Below the pieces are notes generated by a model. The model did not search any database. It was not told where the DNA came from and was given only the letters and a program-made list of their open reading frames with translations. 64,000 nt of DNA, taken from the NCBI RefSeq assembly GCF_009914755.1, contig NC_060927.1. One strand, 5' to 3'. This DNA is from the human T2T-CHM13v2.0 reference genome, Homo sapiens. Made by a program: the position numbers and the translations under genes. Position 1 is the first letter of the stretch, and the number at the start of each line of letters is the position of its first letter. Shown here in pieces: positions 42,032 to 57,664 of the stretch.

Positions 42032-43490
42032 AGAGCAAATATGCTTTATCAGTTTACACTCCAGGTTTGTTACCAGGATCTGAAAGCTGGTGGAAACACT
42101 GTGTGGGCATAATCAGGGCAACGCTGTGCTCCACTGGTATGCATTTGTTATGGTCTGATTGGTCAAAATATTAGTCATTGAAGCCTCATAACTCAAGGTG
42201 AAATAGCTGCTCTAGCATTGAGAAAATGTTAAATATATTTTAACATATTTCATAGAAGACATTTTTCCTGGTTGCTCTAGCTTAGAACCTAACAATGCCC
42301 ATTTCAACAAATTTGTCAGATGAAATGTTCCCCAAAATGCCCTTCTTTTCAAAATGACTAAAATATACCCTTTCATTTCATTTAAATTATTCTCAAAGGC
42401 AGCCACAGTGCAAATGAATCAGAAATACATATTGTATGGCAATAGAATATTCTGCATTATTTTTCTGGGCTGGAAGGGTGTTTATTATGGCCTCACACAA
42501 AGCCTGTGATGCAGGAAGGTCTTCGATATTTTAAGTTCTGGGCCATGCATAGCAAATTCATAGCTTTCCTGCTGCCGTTCTGTCCTTCTCACCAGGGCAG
42601 ACATTGATAATCAATCACAGTACTCTTGCTCGTGAAATCTAGACACAGCTTCAGAACCTTAAACACCATGCCTTAGGCAGCCACTAGCAATGGCTGGATT
42701 AGAACTTGAATTAAACCTGCTGGCCAGCCCTTGGATAGCCAGTTAGCTTATTTTACCATAGAGCCACCACTGGGCCCTAAAACTAAACTAAAGATGAAAT
42801 TATCTGCTCAAAAGCAAATAGAAAACATAGACTAATGGAGAACCATGATGAGACAGGATAGGGAAAGAGATCCCTACTACTGAGACAAAAAATTTAAAAG
42901 GTTATATTAAAATATTATTTATTTATATGGAAAAAATGAAATATATTATTATGCTTTTTAAATTATATAACATGATTACCAGGTTGTCAGATCAGGGCAA
43001 AAACAGTTGATTAAAACTAGCGTCTAGAATTCTTCACCCCTTCTCCCCTTTGTAGTACCTTCTACCTATACTTAAGCTGTGTTTGCAATGAAGAAACAGG
43101 TATTGTTCTATTAAATGATTATGGAGCTCACAAGATTTTTAGGCTCTAAAGTTGTTATATTTTCAATAAGACTTGGTCTTGGGAAGCATCGTAGTGTGAT
43201 AAAGACATCTTTGAGTCAGACACTTAGGTTCTTAGCATATCTCACTGTATGATTTTATGTACACCTCTTAACCAACCCAGACCCATTTCTCCACATGCAA
43301 AATGGCAATGAAGATAAAATACAAAAACCGCACAACCCCTATTGTGCTTGGGATGATGGTGATAGTATATAACCTAAGTAATGAGAAAGTGTTTTGACCT
43401 CACAAGAAACATGATGTCATGTTATTACAAAGTAGTATTTATTTAGATGTCAGTTCTCCTTTGCAAGATATACCAAAAAATCTAAACACG

Positions 43491-43882
43491 TGTATTTGCC
43501 AGCCCATGCTGCCATAACAAAATAACCATAGACTGGGCAGCTTACACACAGGAATTATTTTGTCACAGTTCTGGAGGTTAGAAGTCCAAGTTAAGATTCC
43601 AGCCCATTACATTTATGATGAGGGCTCTCTTCTTGGCTTGCAGATGTCCATCTTCTCACTATGGCTTCACATGGCCTTTCCTTGGCGTATGCAGTAAGGT
43701 GGAAGAGGAGTTTTCTGATGTGTTTTCTTATAAGGACACTTATCCTGTCAGATCAGGGCCCCACCCATATGATCTTTTTTTTTTTTAACCTTAATTACTT
43801 GCTTACTCCAAATGCTGCCAGATTGGTGATTAGGGCTTTCACATGTGAATTTCAAGGGGACATAAACATGCAGTCCATAACT
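43491..43882 (-). mobile_element. MLT1A/MST-type solo LTR
   Basis: gctgccataacaaa...cacagttctggagg..agaagtccaag...cagtccataac. Confidence 0.8.
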
Positions 43883-44094
43883 ATCTGAAAAAAATCTTAG
43901 TGTTCAGAAAGACATCTTAGGTTTGCCCTAAATCTTTTACAACAGTTATTGAACTTTCACTGGGTGTCAAACTCTTCGTTATCTTATTTACTCTTCTTAG
44001 CAACTCTATGCTATGGATACGTTAGTTTTCCTACTTTCTAGATGTTTAGGAAGGTCAAGCATCTTTTCCAGTGATCACACAACTCACGAAGTAA

Positions 44095-44530
44095 CCATTA
44101 ATTCGTTCAACAAAGATTTTTGGCTCCTCTGTGCTAAAAACAATCCTACATATCTGAGATGCATGCACAAATAAGGCAGAAAAAGATCTTCATCCTTGAG
44201 AAACTTACATTCTTATGAGGGAAATCAGACAAAAATAACACCAATAGACATAATATATACAAAATCAGGAAATTATAGTGCATGAAAAAATATAGTAGAT
44301 TAAGGTAGATTCGTAGTGTTGGAAGAAGTAGAGGCAAGTAACAACATTAAATAAAGTGGTATAGATAGAGTTCATAGGGCAAGTAAGAGTTCAGTGATCA
44401 CTAGAAGAAGATGAGAAGGCTGGCCAAGTAAATGCATGAGGGAAGAGAATTGAGACAACAGAAGGAAGAAGAGCAGAGGCCCAAAGATAGCATCATGGTG
44501 TGGGTGTGTTTGAGAAACAGCAATGAGGCC
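44095..44530 (+). mobile_element. L2 fragment
   Basis: attcgttcaacaaa...cttacattct...gggaagagaatt..gacaacagaagg. Confidence 0.6.
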
Positions 44531-47500
44531 AAGAGTCAAATTCTGGTCTGTCTAACCCAAGAGTCCAACTTGGTAATTGCTGTCACATTGGCCTCCAAGT
44601 GTTGATGCACCACTGTCAATCTCCAGTCTCTATGATAAGGAAGGAAAATTAATATTCATTGAGCACTTGGTAAATGTCAGGCACAGTGCTAGGTACTTCA
44701 TATGTATTATTGGTTGTCACTTTGATTACCAAAATTGCCTGGGGAAATTCTGTGTGGGTTGGTCCCATGGGGAAAGAAAGAATGTATCAAGTTAATTAAT
44801 GAAATGTCATCAGCACATGTGGTCTCATTAGAGTTCATTTCATGTCCATCCTACCCTGCGTCAAGGTAGAGAAAAAAGCAGCTGTGGAGGTCATTGAAGG
44901 ACACTGACAAGATTTCCGTCATGGTCTTGTCTGTGTGTATCTCCTTTGCAGGCCTGTCTCCTGAAATGCAAAATTCCACTCTTCCACTAGGTTAGGCCAT
45001 TATCAAGACAAAACTAATTCTTAATTTTACAGGAACAACAAAAAACATTCAAAATACTATCTGGATTTTCATGTAAATCAAGTGAAAATAGATATGCTTA
45101 TGGGCAAGGACTAGTAGAAGCCATGAAAAAAATGGAAGACTTTTTGAAGCATCACTGTTATAATCACAATTATTTTTAAAACCCAAAGCCTCTTGAAAGG
45201 GTAACGTATCCTGTCATTACCAGCCATTACCAGCTATGTAAAGGTAATGTATTAGTTTGATCCTTTTCAGATACCAGAACTCTCTCTGTTTGGAGAGAAT
45301 TACACAAGAAGAGCAAAGGAAAGTCCCCAGAACAGACACTGCCAGGGAGCAGAGGATGGGAAATGCCTCACAGGGAAATAGTTTCCTGAAAGGGAGAATG
45401 AAAAGGGGCTGAAGGGAACTGGATCCATTTTGCTGAGGCAACTGGCTCCAGAGTGGGCTATTACCACTAATTTATGCCCTCTTGACTCAAGCTAAGAAAG
45501 ACTCATGTTATATGTAACTTCCCAATTTTAAGTCCCCATTGTCTCGGGATAAAGTTCAATGCCATTATCATGGCTTATCAGATCCTTAATGGTCTGTCCC
45601 CATCTCTTTGCTCCATGCTTCCTCTCGGGTTCAGGCATTTGCAAAGCCTCATCCCTCTCCCTGCAGTGCTCTTTCCCATCCTGCTTTGCATCACTGTCCA
45701 CTAACATAAATCTTCCTTAATCACTCTCGTAGGCAGAGTCTGTTACCCCTCACCTCTGCTACCTTAGTATCCATTGCTGTCTTTGCAATAGGACATATTA
45801 TACTCAACCATAATGTCCTGTTAACTTGGCCATCTCCCCATTAGAGCACCTCAAGGGAAGGGAATGGACAGGGCTTTGGCCATCATTGTATGTCCATTGC
45901 TTAAAGGACAGAAAGTAGACATTTCAGAGGTGAGGATTCAGGCCCAATCATACCATCTTGAACTACAGGAAGCACAATGTTAACTCTCCCATCTCCTGAA
46001 GAGCAGCCTGCATCCCTTTTAAACCAGGGAGCCACTGTGCATGGTTGACTGGGTACAGTATCACGTTTCCCAGTTGCATGTTTTGGGGCAAAAGCCTGAG
46101 CTGTAAGTGTCGGCTGCCTATGTAGCCAACAGTCCACACAATATTGCTAAATAGGTTATATTGCATCTAAAACTTAGAATTTACACACTTTTTAGGATAA
46201 ACTGAGACTCAAAAAAGTTGAGTGAGTCAAATGAGTGACATAGTTAATTAACAACAGAGGGCAGATGTACACTGGGGAATTTTGACTCCCAATTCAATTT
46301 CTTCCCACTGTCTCTTTTGCATAGTAAAGGTAAAATGAATAAAACAAAAATAAAAATGCAAGAAGGTGACAGGTTTATTGGGTTCTGCAAAAAAATGTAA
46401 CAGGAAGACATAGGCAAGTTAATTTTCTTGTTTGGCTACCAGGTAAATGTAAGTTAGAAATGTGTCCTCTGATATAAACCAGCTCATTACATTCCTAAAG
46501 ATTTTACACGTTTTGATTTCTGTCTGTTCTTGCTTATTCAAAAGTACAGGAGAAAGGTCAGATATCTATTGTATTGATTTTCCAGAGTATACATTAAAGA
46601 GACTCAAATGCAAATGTGCCTCTCAACTATGCTAGCTATTTTCTTGTCCCTGAAAGGGGAAAAAACTCATTAGAACTTTTGCAATCGTATTTTATTTGCT
46701 TTGCCCATTCAAGATTACACCCATTGCTGTTTTTTAAACAAACATATAGTATAAATATCTGGGTAGCAATAAATATGGAAATAAGGCTCAGCCTTGGTGT
46801 GATGAATTTAAACATGAAGTAACAGGTATGAAAACAAATGTGCAAATACTACTATTAGCAGACGTAGTTGCCATAAGTGTTATTAACTTAATTATTTTCT
46901 TAGCTTCAGTAGATTTCTAATCATATATTTCTACTAGCAGACAAGTTGAAATAAATTATTTCCTCTAGATCTTGGCTAGAATTACACTGGAGAAGGTAAC
47001 TATTTTTCTTATAACAAAACGATAAAAACCTAAACTGTATTGAATTGAGACAATCCGGTGTGAACTGGGTAAATACCATGAGGTTTTCATGCCTTAAAAT
47101 GATTCTAAGGTATATCTTACTTTAAATAACTACATATTAACAGCAATTTGGTTGAAAAGTAGTTTAAAATTTTAACATAATGTAATTAAATATAGATTAA
47201 TGGTCACCAGGCTTATGATAGTTGAACGTTTTCCTGGTAGTCTTAGTTACCACAGATAAACTTAATTTCCTGATTGTAAATCTCTTTATTACAACTGTCA
47301 ACATCATTTACTTATTCAAACTAAAATCAAATATGTTATTTTAAAATTATAGTAGATAAATATAAGTAATACACAATATTTAATTAGATACTTGTTGCAT
47401 ACCTGGAATTGTTCTGCATAGTATAAATGATGATAATGGCCATCATTATCATCACCAATAACATAGATAGCACTTACATATGACAAGTCCTCTTCTAAGG

Positions 47501-48835
47501 TCTTTCTGTATTAACTCATTTCATATATCATTACCTCAACAACCCTATGAGATAAGAACATTATGATTATCCCTATCTAATAAAAAGGGCACCAAGATTT
47601 ACAGAAGTTAAATCACTTGATCAAGGTCCCTTAAACCTAGATCTCACCAACTCCAGTGATAAAGTTCTTAACCACTTCACTTGCTTAAATGCTTCACGTG
47701 ATGCACGGAGGAGTGTACCAATAACTAGACTTATCGATTTACTTACTAAGTTCAATCTGTGTCTTTCATCATTTAGTGGACTTTTGTATTTGCTTCCCAC
47801 AATATAGAACTGAGATGCTTCCAAAATATTACTCTAAAAAATAGTAGGAATTCACTTAAAAGTAGAAACTATTTTTTCAACACAAAGAATAATGAGCCTT
47901 TTAAAGTAATGTACTTTTAAAAGAAAATAGATGCTGGTATTATTAGCTGTCTGCAATTTTCTCTACCTGCCACAAAAAATACAGATACAGTCCTATTACC
48001 ATCTTGCATATGTACTGATTGAAGTTCATGCAATGGCCTGTGGAAGGTCCAGGGCCAAGAGAATTGGCTAATAATTCTTACTTCATTCTGTGCTCCTGAC
48101 ACAATATAAAGAGCATGTTATCTTACTTAATCAGCACAACATTGCTGCTAGGTGGGTTTTATTCCTTCATTTTATGAGAAAAGAGGGTAAAAGAGTTCTG
48201 GGTGGTTTTTTGCTGGTTTTTTGTTTGTTTGTTTGTTTGTTTGTTTGTTTTTAATGTCCAGGACCTTATAACTACTAAGTGACTAAAAGTAGGATTTAAG
48301 TTAACAAAAAAAAACCTGTTTCTTCTGGTGTCAGAACTCATGATCTTGATTACGTTGTTACATGAACTATTAATTTAAACCTTGAGAAAGTCCTCTTTAG
48401 AAAAAAATTCACCTTTGGAGAACTTTGTCCATCTCCACCTTTGTACATTTTTCAAAGCACCAGTGTTCTCTCAGGCAATTTCAACAACCGTGCAAAGTGG
48501 GTGGTTCTACATGTCATGGATGGAGGTCCATGTTGTGTGTGGTAGACTCACTTTACAGATGAGAATCTGAGGCTCATTAACATGATGTGATTATCTGGAG
48601 TTCTCACCAATATCGATGGCAAACATGGTATCAATGCCCAGGTTTTTTTATGATTCCATTCCACTTTTCATCCACAGGTGCCTCCAGAGTGGTGAACATA
48701 AGACATGAAAGGAAGTGAAAGTCAGATCTTCTAACTCTTTTAGGAGTGGTGGGAGTGAAGGAGTAGTGCGTTTGTGCCAAGTGATGGCTAACAAATGCCA
48801 TGTAGATAGAATGATCTGCTGTACCAGATCGATCA

Positions 48836-49038
48836 CCACTGTCCAATAGTACTTTCTGTAGGGATGGAAATGTTCTATTCTGTATCATTCAATATGGTAG
48901 CCACTAGCCATATGTGGCTGTTTTGCACTTGAAATGTAGCTGGTATGACTGAGAAGGAACTTTAATTTTATTTAGTTTTAATTAATTTAAATTTAAATAT
49001 CCACATGTGGCTAGTAGTTATCTTATTTGACAGCCATA
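48836..49038. mobile_element. MER3 (hAT-Charlie)
   Basis: ctgtccaatag.actttctg...gatggaaatgttcta...aatatggtagccactagccatatgtggct. Confidence 0.88.
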
Positions 49039-49414
49039 GTGTTAGCTTTTTTAGCATCAACCTCAGAAGTCATGTCCATATCTTTTCTGTGGATGTAGAC
49101 CACTACCTATTTCATAAAGCCTGATGCATTCAAATAAGTCCCTCCAAACTGTGAGCCCTAACATGGTTTTACTTGCCTATTTCCTATTGCCTCGAGAAAC
49201 ACTAACTCATTTAATTTAAAAAACAAAAAAGACTATAAAGCAGGACAGGTATTACTTCCATTTTACAGATAAAGAAAGTAAAACTCAGGTCATCAGAGTA
49301 ACTTGCCCATTGAGACATAAGCTGATAGTTTTGACTACCATACTATTCTGCTTATTTATTTTTTCTCAAGTAGCTTTTGATCAAACTATACAGTTTTTCT
49401 TTCTGTTTAGGAAT

Positions 49415-49753
49415 TGTCTTAGTTTTTCCAGGGTACCATAACAAAATACCAAATGGGGTGGCTTATAAACAACGTCTATTTCTCACAGTTGTGGAAGCTG
49501 GAAAGTTAAAGATCAAGGTGCTTTGCAGATTTAGTGTCTGGTGAGGGCCACTTCCCCACAGGTAGCTGTCTTCTCTGACTTTACATGGCAAAAGGGGTGA
49601 GGAATCTCTCTGGGCTCTCTTTTATAAGAGCACTAATCCCATTTGCGAGGGCTCCATCCTTATGTCAAAAGGCCCTCCTCCTAACACTATCACTTTGGAG
49701 GTTAGGAATTCAATGTATGAATTCTGGGGGAACATAAACATCAGTCCATTGCA
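49415..49753 (-). mobile_element. MLT1A/MST-type solo LTR
   Basis: tgtcttagt...ggcttataaacaac...cagtccattgca. Confidence 0.8.
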
Positions 49754-52295
49754 GAAGTATATTTGGAAAGATTAAAATGGCCTTTGAACTGAGAGCCCTT
49801 CTATATAGATATGGCAAAATATTTTTAAATGTGGTCCTTAAGCTTATCTTGTTCTTTTTGCATACCTCCAACTTTGAAACAGTGCCTTTGACATGAATTA
49901 CAAATATGCATAGGTATATAAATATATATGTGTAGAGAGCCTTCCTTTCATTGTTTGTAACCATTTACTTCTCATTTTACTTTTCTCCCCCAGTATGGCT
50001 TTTCTTGGTTTAAATTCTTTCAGGAGCAAGAAATGCCATTCAACTGATTTAAACAAAAAGTTTTCTGGCCATGAAATATAAGGCCAAGGCAATGACTGAC
50101 TTCAGACATCACTATCTCTCTCTCCATCTTTCTATTCTGTTTTCTTCTACATTGGGTTCCATCTCAAACAAGCTGTGCCTCAGTAGTAATAAAAATGCTA
50201 CCAACAGGCCTAGTTTTATATAACACCAGGGTACCACCCAGCAATGAAAAAAAAAAACGTTTTTTCCCAATATCATTAGAAAAAATCCTGGAATTGAAAA
50301 TTATTGGTTGGCTTAGGTCACAAGCCTATTTCTGAATCAGTCACTGTGGCCAAAGAGATTGTTCCAGTTTTTAGTTGTATATGACAGCCCCAAAATTAGT
50401 AGTTTGAAACAATAGCCATTTTATTACATCTCATGTTTTTATTGGTAGCAATTTGGATAAGGTTTGGCAGGATGATTCTTCAGAATAAACAAGAGATGTA
50501 ATAAAATGGCTATTGTTTCAAACTACTCATGGACAGAGGTCCATGGTGTTCAGCTGGTGACTGAATTGGTTGTGAAAGTTCAAAATGGCTCATTTACCTT
50601 GGCTTGAAGGAGACAGCTGGAAGGCTGGGATCAGCTGGGATGATCAACTGTAGCATCTGCATGTGCACTTCCCAGTATGGTAGTGTCAGGGCTGTAGGAT
50701 TTTTTTATAGGCTGGCTCAGGACTCCCAGAAATAAGAGTCTAAAAAGGGTGGGTGGAAGCTGCAAAACATTTTATGACTTACCTTAAGAAATCCTAGAAT
50801 GTTACTTGGGTTACATTCATTTGTTCAAGCAAGTAACTAGAGCCAGCCCAGCTTCAGCAGGAGAGGAATCATAGTTCTCAAGGAGAGGCATAGCTATTTG
50901 TTTTTTCCAACAGTGTTTCAGCCAGAAAGAGATGGATGATCTGATTGGACCAGCCTGGTCATGTGGCCACCTCTGTTTCCAGGAAGTATGGTTAGCTCCA
51001 CCTAAAGCATCTGACTAACACCGTAGGGAGAGTAGCTCCCCAAAGGAAAATTAAAGTATTGTTCCCAGAAGAGAAGGGAGCAGATGCTAGGTATGTAGAA
51101 ATAAGAGCTATGTGACAAATTGATGTTGACATCACCAAGCCTCATATAATAATTCTAACAAGCATTATGAAATCAAAAAAGATATCAAAATGTGGGGTCC
51201 ATAAAAGCCTGAACCTTAAACCTTGCCATTCACTAGCTTGGGCTAATTAAAATCTGAACCTTACCTTCCTTATGTGTAAAATGTGGATAATAATGATCTT
51301 CTTCCCAGGATTGCTGCAAGCATTAGATGGAGTGCTATACACTTAGGGTTTACTCAACAATTATCCCCTTTTTTTCCTTATGAAACCTCTTAAACTGTGA
51401 ACACGAGCTCCTCTTGAAATTAGCACCCCCTCTTAGAGCCACCTGAAGCATAGTAGCCTAAGAAGTTTCAAGTGTGTAGAAACCAAGCATTATTTGCAGG
51501 CTGCACTGGCCCTTACTTCCCAAATGCAATTTACATTTTCACTTTGATCAGTAAAAGCAGATATATTGGTCTCTGTTCACATGAGAGAGTACCTCTATGC
51601 ATCTTTGCAGTGACATACTTTCCTATTTCATCTTTGAAATTCATTTCTCTCACAATCCAAAGCAGTCAAGGTCACTGGTCCTTTAAGAATATTGTAGGTT
51701 GCTCATCCCAACCCATCTTGATAATGGAATTTAGGGCTGAATTTAGCTTTTTCTCTTTTATTGGTCATCACTGATAAAACTTGATTGCTTAATATTTTTT
51801 CCTGAGCATCCAGGTGCTGAAAGCTGTGTTCCAAATTCAGCGATTAACTGTGTCTTAAGATACTAGATTGATGACTTCTCAGTCTGGTGCTTTTCATCAA
51901 GGGGACAGTGTGGAAACTGAGCTGTCCTTCAAGAAATGTTAGCCTTGGTTTGTACATTTTTTAATGTGAATGCCAACTGAAAAAATTAGGCTACATATGT
52001 TGCAGTTCCTTCATATTTTATAGTTTCCTTTGTGTATATTTTCAATTAATGTGCTTAGTTCTTGAATTGGATCTAAATAAAAGTGATCTTGGATTGAAAG
52101 CTATCAGGATATTGTGCAGCATTAAGGAGAGCACTGGTTCTTTCTCTCTCCTGCTGCTAGAAGAGGCAATAAAAGAACAGGAGAGGAAGGGAATGTTTCG
52201 TTGTGTTCAGTGCGTAGGGGTCATACCACTGCTAAATAAAATCATTTCAGATAATAGTACAGGTGACACCAAATAGCAACTGAAGTACAGAGTAA

Positions 52296-52661
<366 letters not shown>

Positions 52662-53453
52662 TAGTATTATCATGTCTTCAACACCTCTCAAAAATATATT
52701 CATCTCCAACTTCTTAAAAGAAACTGAGGATTTCACCTTAGGAAGACAATAGTGTCTAACTATAATCAGTAATCTTTTTATTGTTGTATTTATTTTTATA
52801 TTGACCGCAGAGAATGTAATACCAGTTTTCCACTTATAGTAAGGTAATAATGTTTCCTTTTTACATAAAGTCATTGAATTAAAAGAATCAGTTCCTAAAA
52901 GTGACACCCTTTGTTTTAGAAGTCAGATGGAGCTCTTTTAGTCATGGCCTTATGTAGTGCCTTTCACCCTGGCTGCTTGTTTATAAACCAAGACTACCCA
53001 GTTTGTTTGGTGACCTGGGTGCAGGGAAAGCCGTGCAAATGTGTAGTCAAGTGGTCTGTAATAAGATGAGCGATACAAATGCTGAACAAGCCTCCTCTGG
53101 GCAGCATCTGATAGATTTCTGTACTGAAGAAAATATTTGATGAGGACAGACCCCTTAATCCTGTCAAACGAACTAATTCATTTTCAGTTCCATCTATGAA
53201 ATTATACTCCACAAAAGCAGAACTATGGCCCAGGAGGAGACAGTCATCTGACAGAGAAACAGCATTGCTGAGATGAGATAGAACTTGCTCTGGATCAAAA
53301 GTGATCATTTCTATTATTCTCATGGTATCTTTGATTTGTCACAGCAATTGCATTTGTATAAGGCCTAGTTAATTAAGACTGTGGACTGTGATCAAATTTA
53401 AGCAGCACAGTTCCTAAAATATACCCAGCCTTATCTGCTCCCACTTGCTGATA

Positions 53454-53491
53454 AACACACACACACACACACACTCACACACACTCGCACA
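53454..53491. repeat. Imperfect (CA)n
   Basis: Direct read. Confidence 0.9.
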
Positions 53492-54620
53492 CTTTTGCTC
53501 CAGAAATGCTGAACTAATAGTTGCCAGAATACAACATTCTAACTCATACCTCTGGGTCATGCACAAGCATTACTTCCACTGAGATTCCCTTTCTCTACTT
53601 TACTGCCTTTGCAAATTCCTACTGATCCTTTAGCACTCATTGCAGACATCCCTTTTTCAACCTCCTCTCAACTCTGGATTAGATCCTGCATCTTAATAGC
53701 TGTGTGAGCGTGGGCATGTTATGTAGCCTCCTTTTGATTGGTTTCCTCCTCTCTAAAATGAGATAATAGTAGTGCCCACATCCAAGATTATTATGAGGCT
53801 TAAATTATGGAATGAATACAATTTTTTTTGGCACAGAGCCTGATCCACAGCCAATTCTCCCTAAATTCTCCCTATGATTTCAAAGTATTATTTATTTTGT
53901 CATTGCCCTGACTACATTGATTGCAATTAAATAGTGTCCTTTATTAAGCTGATAGTTTTTTAAGGATATGCACTGAAATTTATTAAATTTGTCCTCAGCC
54001 TCAACATATTTAGGAATATAACATATTTATATTTAATTGAACTGCATTGAATTGCATCTGGATGAGGGCAACTGATGGTTACTGATTAGTAATTACTGAT
54101 GATTACTTTTATAATAACAATAACAACAGCAAGTTTATGGAGCACTTACTTTGAACTAGGCATTCTGGGAATCAAAGTCCCCAAACCAACTAATTGGCTG
54201 TTTCGTTCACATCTGAACCCATCACTGAGATAGGGGGAATGGAACATGTAGAGGGGTTAAGACAAGGTCCCATGACCACATGGTTTGAGAGAGTGAGTGA
54301 AGGTTGTTTCCCCAAAGATAAACCCAAGTACCACAACCAGAGGGAAAAAAATTGGGATTACTGCTGGGGAGACCAAAATGTCAGATGAGTACAACACTGG
54401 TTTCAGAGTAATTTTTATTTGTCCATAAAGCCTGCCTCTTGGATCATTCCAGGGCAACAACCTAGCAGTTAATTTAAGTGATAAGATTAAAGTTTATTTT
54501 AAATATCAGTGATCTTTCCTCCATTCCCAAACAGAATGAGTTGATACATTCGTTTATATATATCAAGGTGGTTGAGCTTGTTGGTCTATAATACAATATG
54601 TAAAAGGCTAATTAGAATAT

Positions 54621-54978
54621 TGCTACTGTGGTCTGAATGTGTGTGTCTCCCCCACCCTCAATTCGTATGTTAAAACCTAATCACCAATGTGATGATATTA
54701 GAAGACGAGGGCCTCATGTGAGTGGAATCCTCATGAATGAAATTAGTGTCCCTATAAAAGAGACTCCAGTGAACTACTTTGTCTCTTTCTGCCATGTAAG
54801 GATACAATGAGAAGACGTCATCTATAAACAAGGAGGCAGGCCCTCACAAGACAAAGAATTGGCCATTGCCTTGATCTTGGACTTCCCAGCCTCCAGAATT
54901 GTGAAAAATAAATTTCTGTCCTATATAAGGTACCCAGTTTATATTATTTTGTTATAATATCCCAAATGGACAAAGCCA
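54621..54978 (+). mobile_element. MLT1A/MST-type solo LTR
   Basis: gtggtctgaatgt...ccttgatcttggacttcccagcctccagaattgtga.aaataaatttctg. Confidence 0.85.
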
Positions 54979-55069
54979 ATTGTTAATGATTACCTCATAG
55001 TTTTGTATCAACTACTTTGCCTAGTATGATGCATTTCATAAATAAATTCATATGTATGTGCTATAGGCT

Positions 55070-55433
55070 ACCTTATCCAGTTCAGGCTGCTGTAACAAAG
55101 TACTATAGACTGGGTGGGCTTATAAACAACAGAAACATATTTCTGACAGTTCTGGAGTCTAGAAGTCTGAGACCAAGTTGCCAGCATGGCCAGGTTCTGG
55201 TGAGGGCCCTCTTCTGGGTTGTATACTCTTGGCTTCTAATTGTATCCTCACATGGCAGAAAGCAGAGTGAGGTTTCTGGGGGACCCTTTTATGTGGGCAC
55301 TAATTCCATCCATGAGGGCTCCACTTTCATGACCGAATTACCTCCCAAACACCCTATCTCCTAACACCATCATGTTGCAGGTTAGGATTTCAACATACGA
55401 TTTTGGGAGGACACAAACATTTAGTTCATAACA
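55070..55433 (-). mobile_element. MLT1A/MST-type solo LTR
   Basis: ggctgctgtaacaaagtactatagactgggtgg.cttataaacaacagaaa...acacaaacatttagttcataaca. Confidence 0.85.
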
Positions 55434-57363
55434 TGAGCTTACATATTACCTTTCTGAATTGAGGGGGAATGTTGTTGAAGAAGAGTTTCATAATGAGATG
55501 AAATGAAAGGAAGTAATTTGGGTGTATTCCTTCTTGTAGGAAGGGGATCGTATGACCAACAAAATCCTAAAACACAAAACAGTTTGCCTATACTCAGAAT
55601 GTTGCACTGGTGATTGTTTTTTTTCTTTGGGAAAAGTTGTCGTCTCAGAAAGTAAAATGAAAATGGTTTTTGAGCTTGGCATTTGGGCTAGAGCCAACTT
55701 GAAAATTCAGAGCATGAGAAAAAATTTTTTTCTTTAGACCTGTCTTCTCCACAAATTATATTCACGAAGATTTTCAGACTCTGTCCCTGTGGCTCGGGCT
55801 CAAGTAGAGATAGATTTCAGCCTGCCACAGGTAGGACAGAAAATGATTTTAAAAGAACAATAAATAAATATTAGAAGCCTTTTCTTTAGTTGCTATTTTT
55901 TCCCTTTTTCTTTTGATGGCTGATGTTCAGTTTTCTCCCAATTTCTTTCTTGTGCTACAGCAAGCCTCGAAAAATACTTCACTATAAGAGCAACTTCTAA
56001 ATGCTCTCGTCTTCTTGCAGAAATCATGTCAGAAACATCCAAATGAATCTTAATAGTTGAGTAAAATTGAATTTGGCTTCTCTAGGCCATAACAGTTAGT
56101 ATTACTCCATTGTGAGCAGATCTGGATTATAATTAAGAAAACCCAACATTACCACTGACACAGAAGTATGCTAGGAAAATGACTAATTTACATAGATCTA
56201 TGCCTGTTCTGTAACTTCTGCATCTGGCATGCTATGAGGGACAGTGTGATCATGCATGTAAAGTGGAGGGACACATGATAAGGACAGAAATCTACTCTCA
56301 GGATTATCTATTAGTCAACTAAATTTTTAATATTAATGCAAAATCTCATTCTTCAGTAATTGTTAATATTCGGTACTAAATGGCTAGAAAATAGCAGCAA
56401 TCTGGCTTTGGTGCAGTCAAACACCTGGATTCATTCAATCATTTAGTTATTCCACAAATATTTATTGAGCACCTTCAGTGTAGCATAGGATTGTGTTAGG
56501 TGGCAAGTAGCAGAATGCCCAACTGAAGCAGCTTTGACAATAAGAATTGATTTTTTCCTGCATAACAGAAAGTAAGGAGGTATTGGTTTTTGACATAAGT
56601 GCCAGCCTTGCAGCAATTTTCCTGAACTGTCTTTTATGATGGCTATAGTAGCTGCAGCTGTCATATACGCATTTCAGACTGTGTAAGTAGGTGACTTAAG
56701 GACCAGGCCAGCAGTGACTTTGTCTTTTCAGCAGGAAATCAAGACTTTTCCAGAGCGCCCTCCCCAGCAGACCTTTGCTTGCTCTCATAGACCAGAATCG
56801 TATCATATGCCCAAACTCAGCTACCAGGAAAGCTAGTAAAGCAATTATTTTGAAGTTCCGCTGCTGGAGTGGGAAGTATCAAGGGAGAAGGAGTTGGGAA
56901 TGGCTTTTCTGTAGCCAATTTACAATGCTGGTCACAATTTCTATGTGCCAGGCACTCTGCTTGGTGCATTAAACACACAACTGGAAATGTACAATCACTG
57001 GCCTCACGAAGCGTACAGCTTAGTGGAGAGATAGATGAGGAAACATTTAAAATACGTGAGGAAATAGGAGCACAATACCATAGAAGCCTAAAAGAAGGAA
57101 GACTTAAGTTTGGTTTAGTGTGGAATTGATCAAGAAATTTGTACAGTATCAAAGTATACCTTAGAGACAGTTATTTGGCATGTGGTTTATTTATTCCTCA
57201 TGCAAATGATTTTCTTGTATTTGAGAAAGTCAGTGGTAAACTAAATCAAGTAACAATGACACAGAACTCATAAGGGATAGGGAAGGAAAAAACCTATAGA
57301 CAGTTTGGGAAAAGTGAAATTTGTTTGCTTATGTTGTGACAGAAACATAGAAGTGAGTCTGGG

Positions 57364-57664
57364 TTTTTCTGTGTTTTTTTCTGTTTTTTTTTTTTTTTTT
57401 TTTGGAGATAGGGTCTCACTCTGTTACGTAGGCTGAAGTGCAGTGGCATGATCATGACTCACTGCAGCCTCAAATGATCCTCCTGCCTCAGCCTCCTGAG
57501 TAGCAACAACAGGAGCACACCACCGAGCCCAGCTAATTTTTTATTTTCTATTTTTCATAGATGGGGTCTCGCTTTGTTGCTCAGGGTGGTCTCCATCTCC
57601 TGGCTTCAAGCAATCCTCCCACCTCAGCTTCCCAAAGTACTTGGATTCCAGGTGTGAGCCACCA
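57364..57664 (-). mobile_element. AluJ
   Basis: atcatgactcactgcagcctc, caagcaatcctccc. Confidence 0.9.

Noticed and set aside
52994-53323. 109-aa ORF in unique sequence
   Set aside because: No recognisable domain or convincing splice structure; length is compatible with chance
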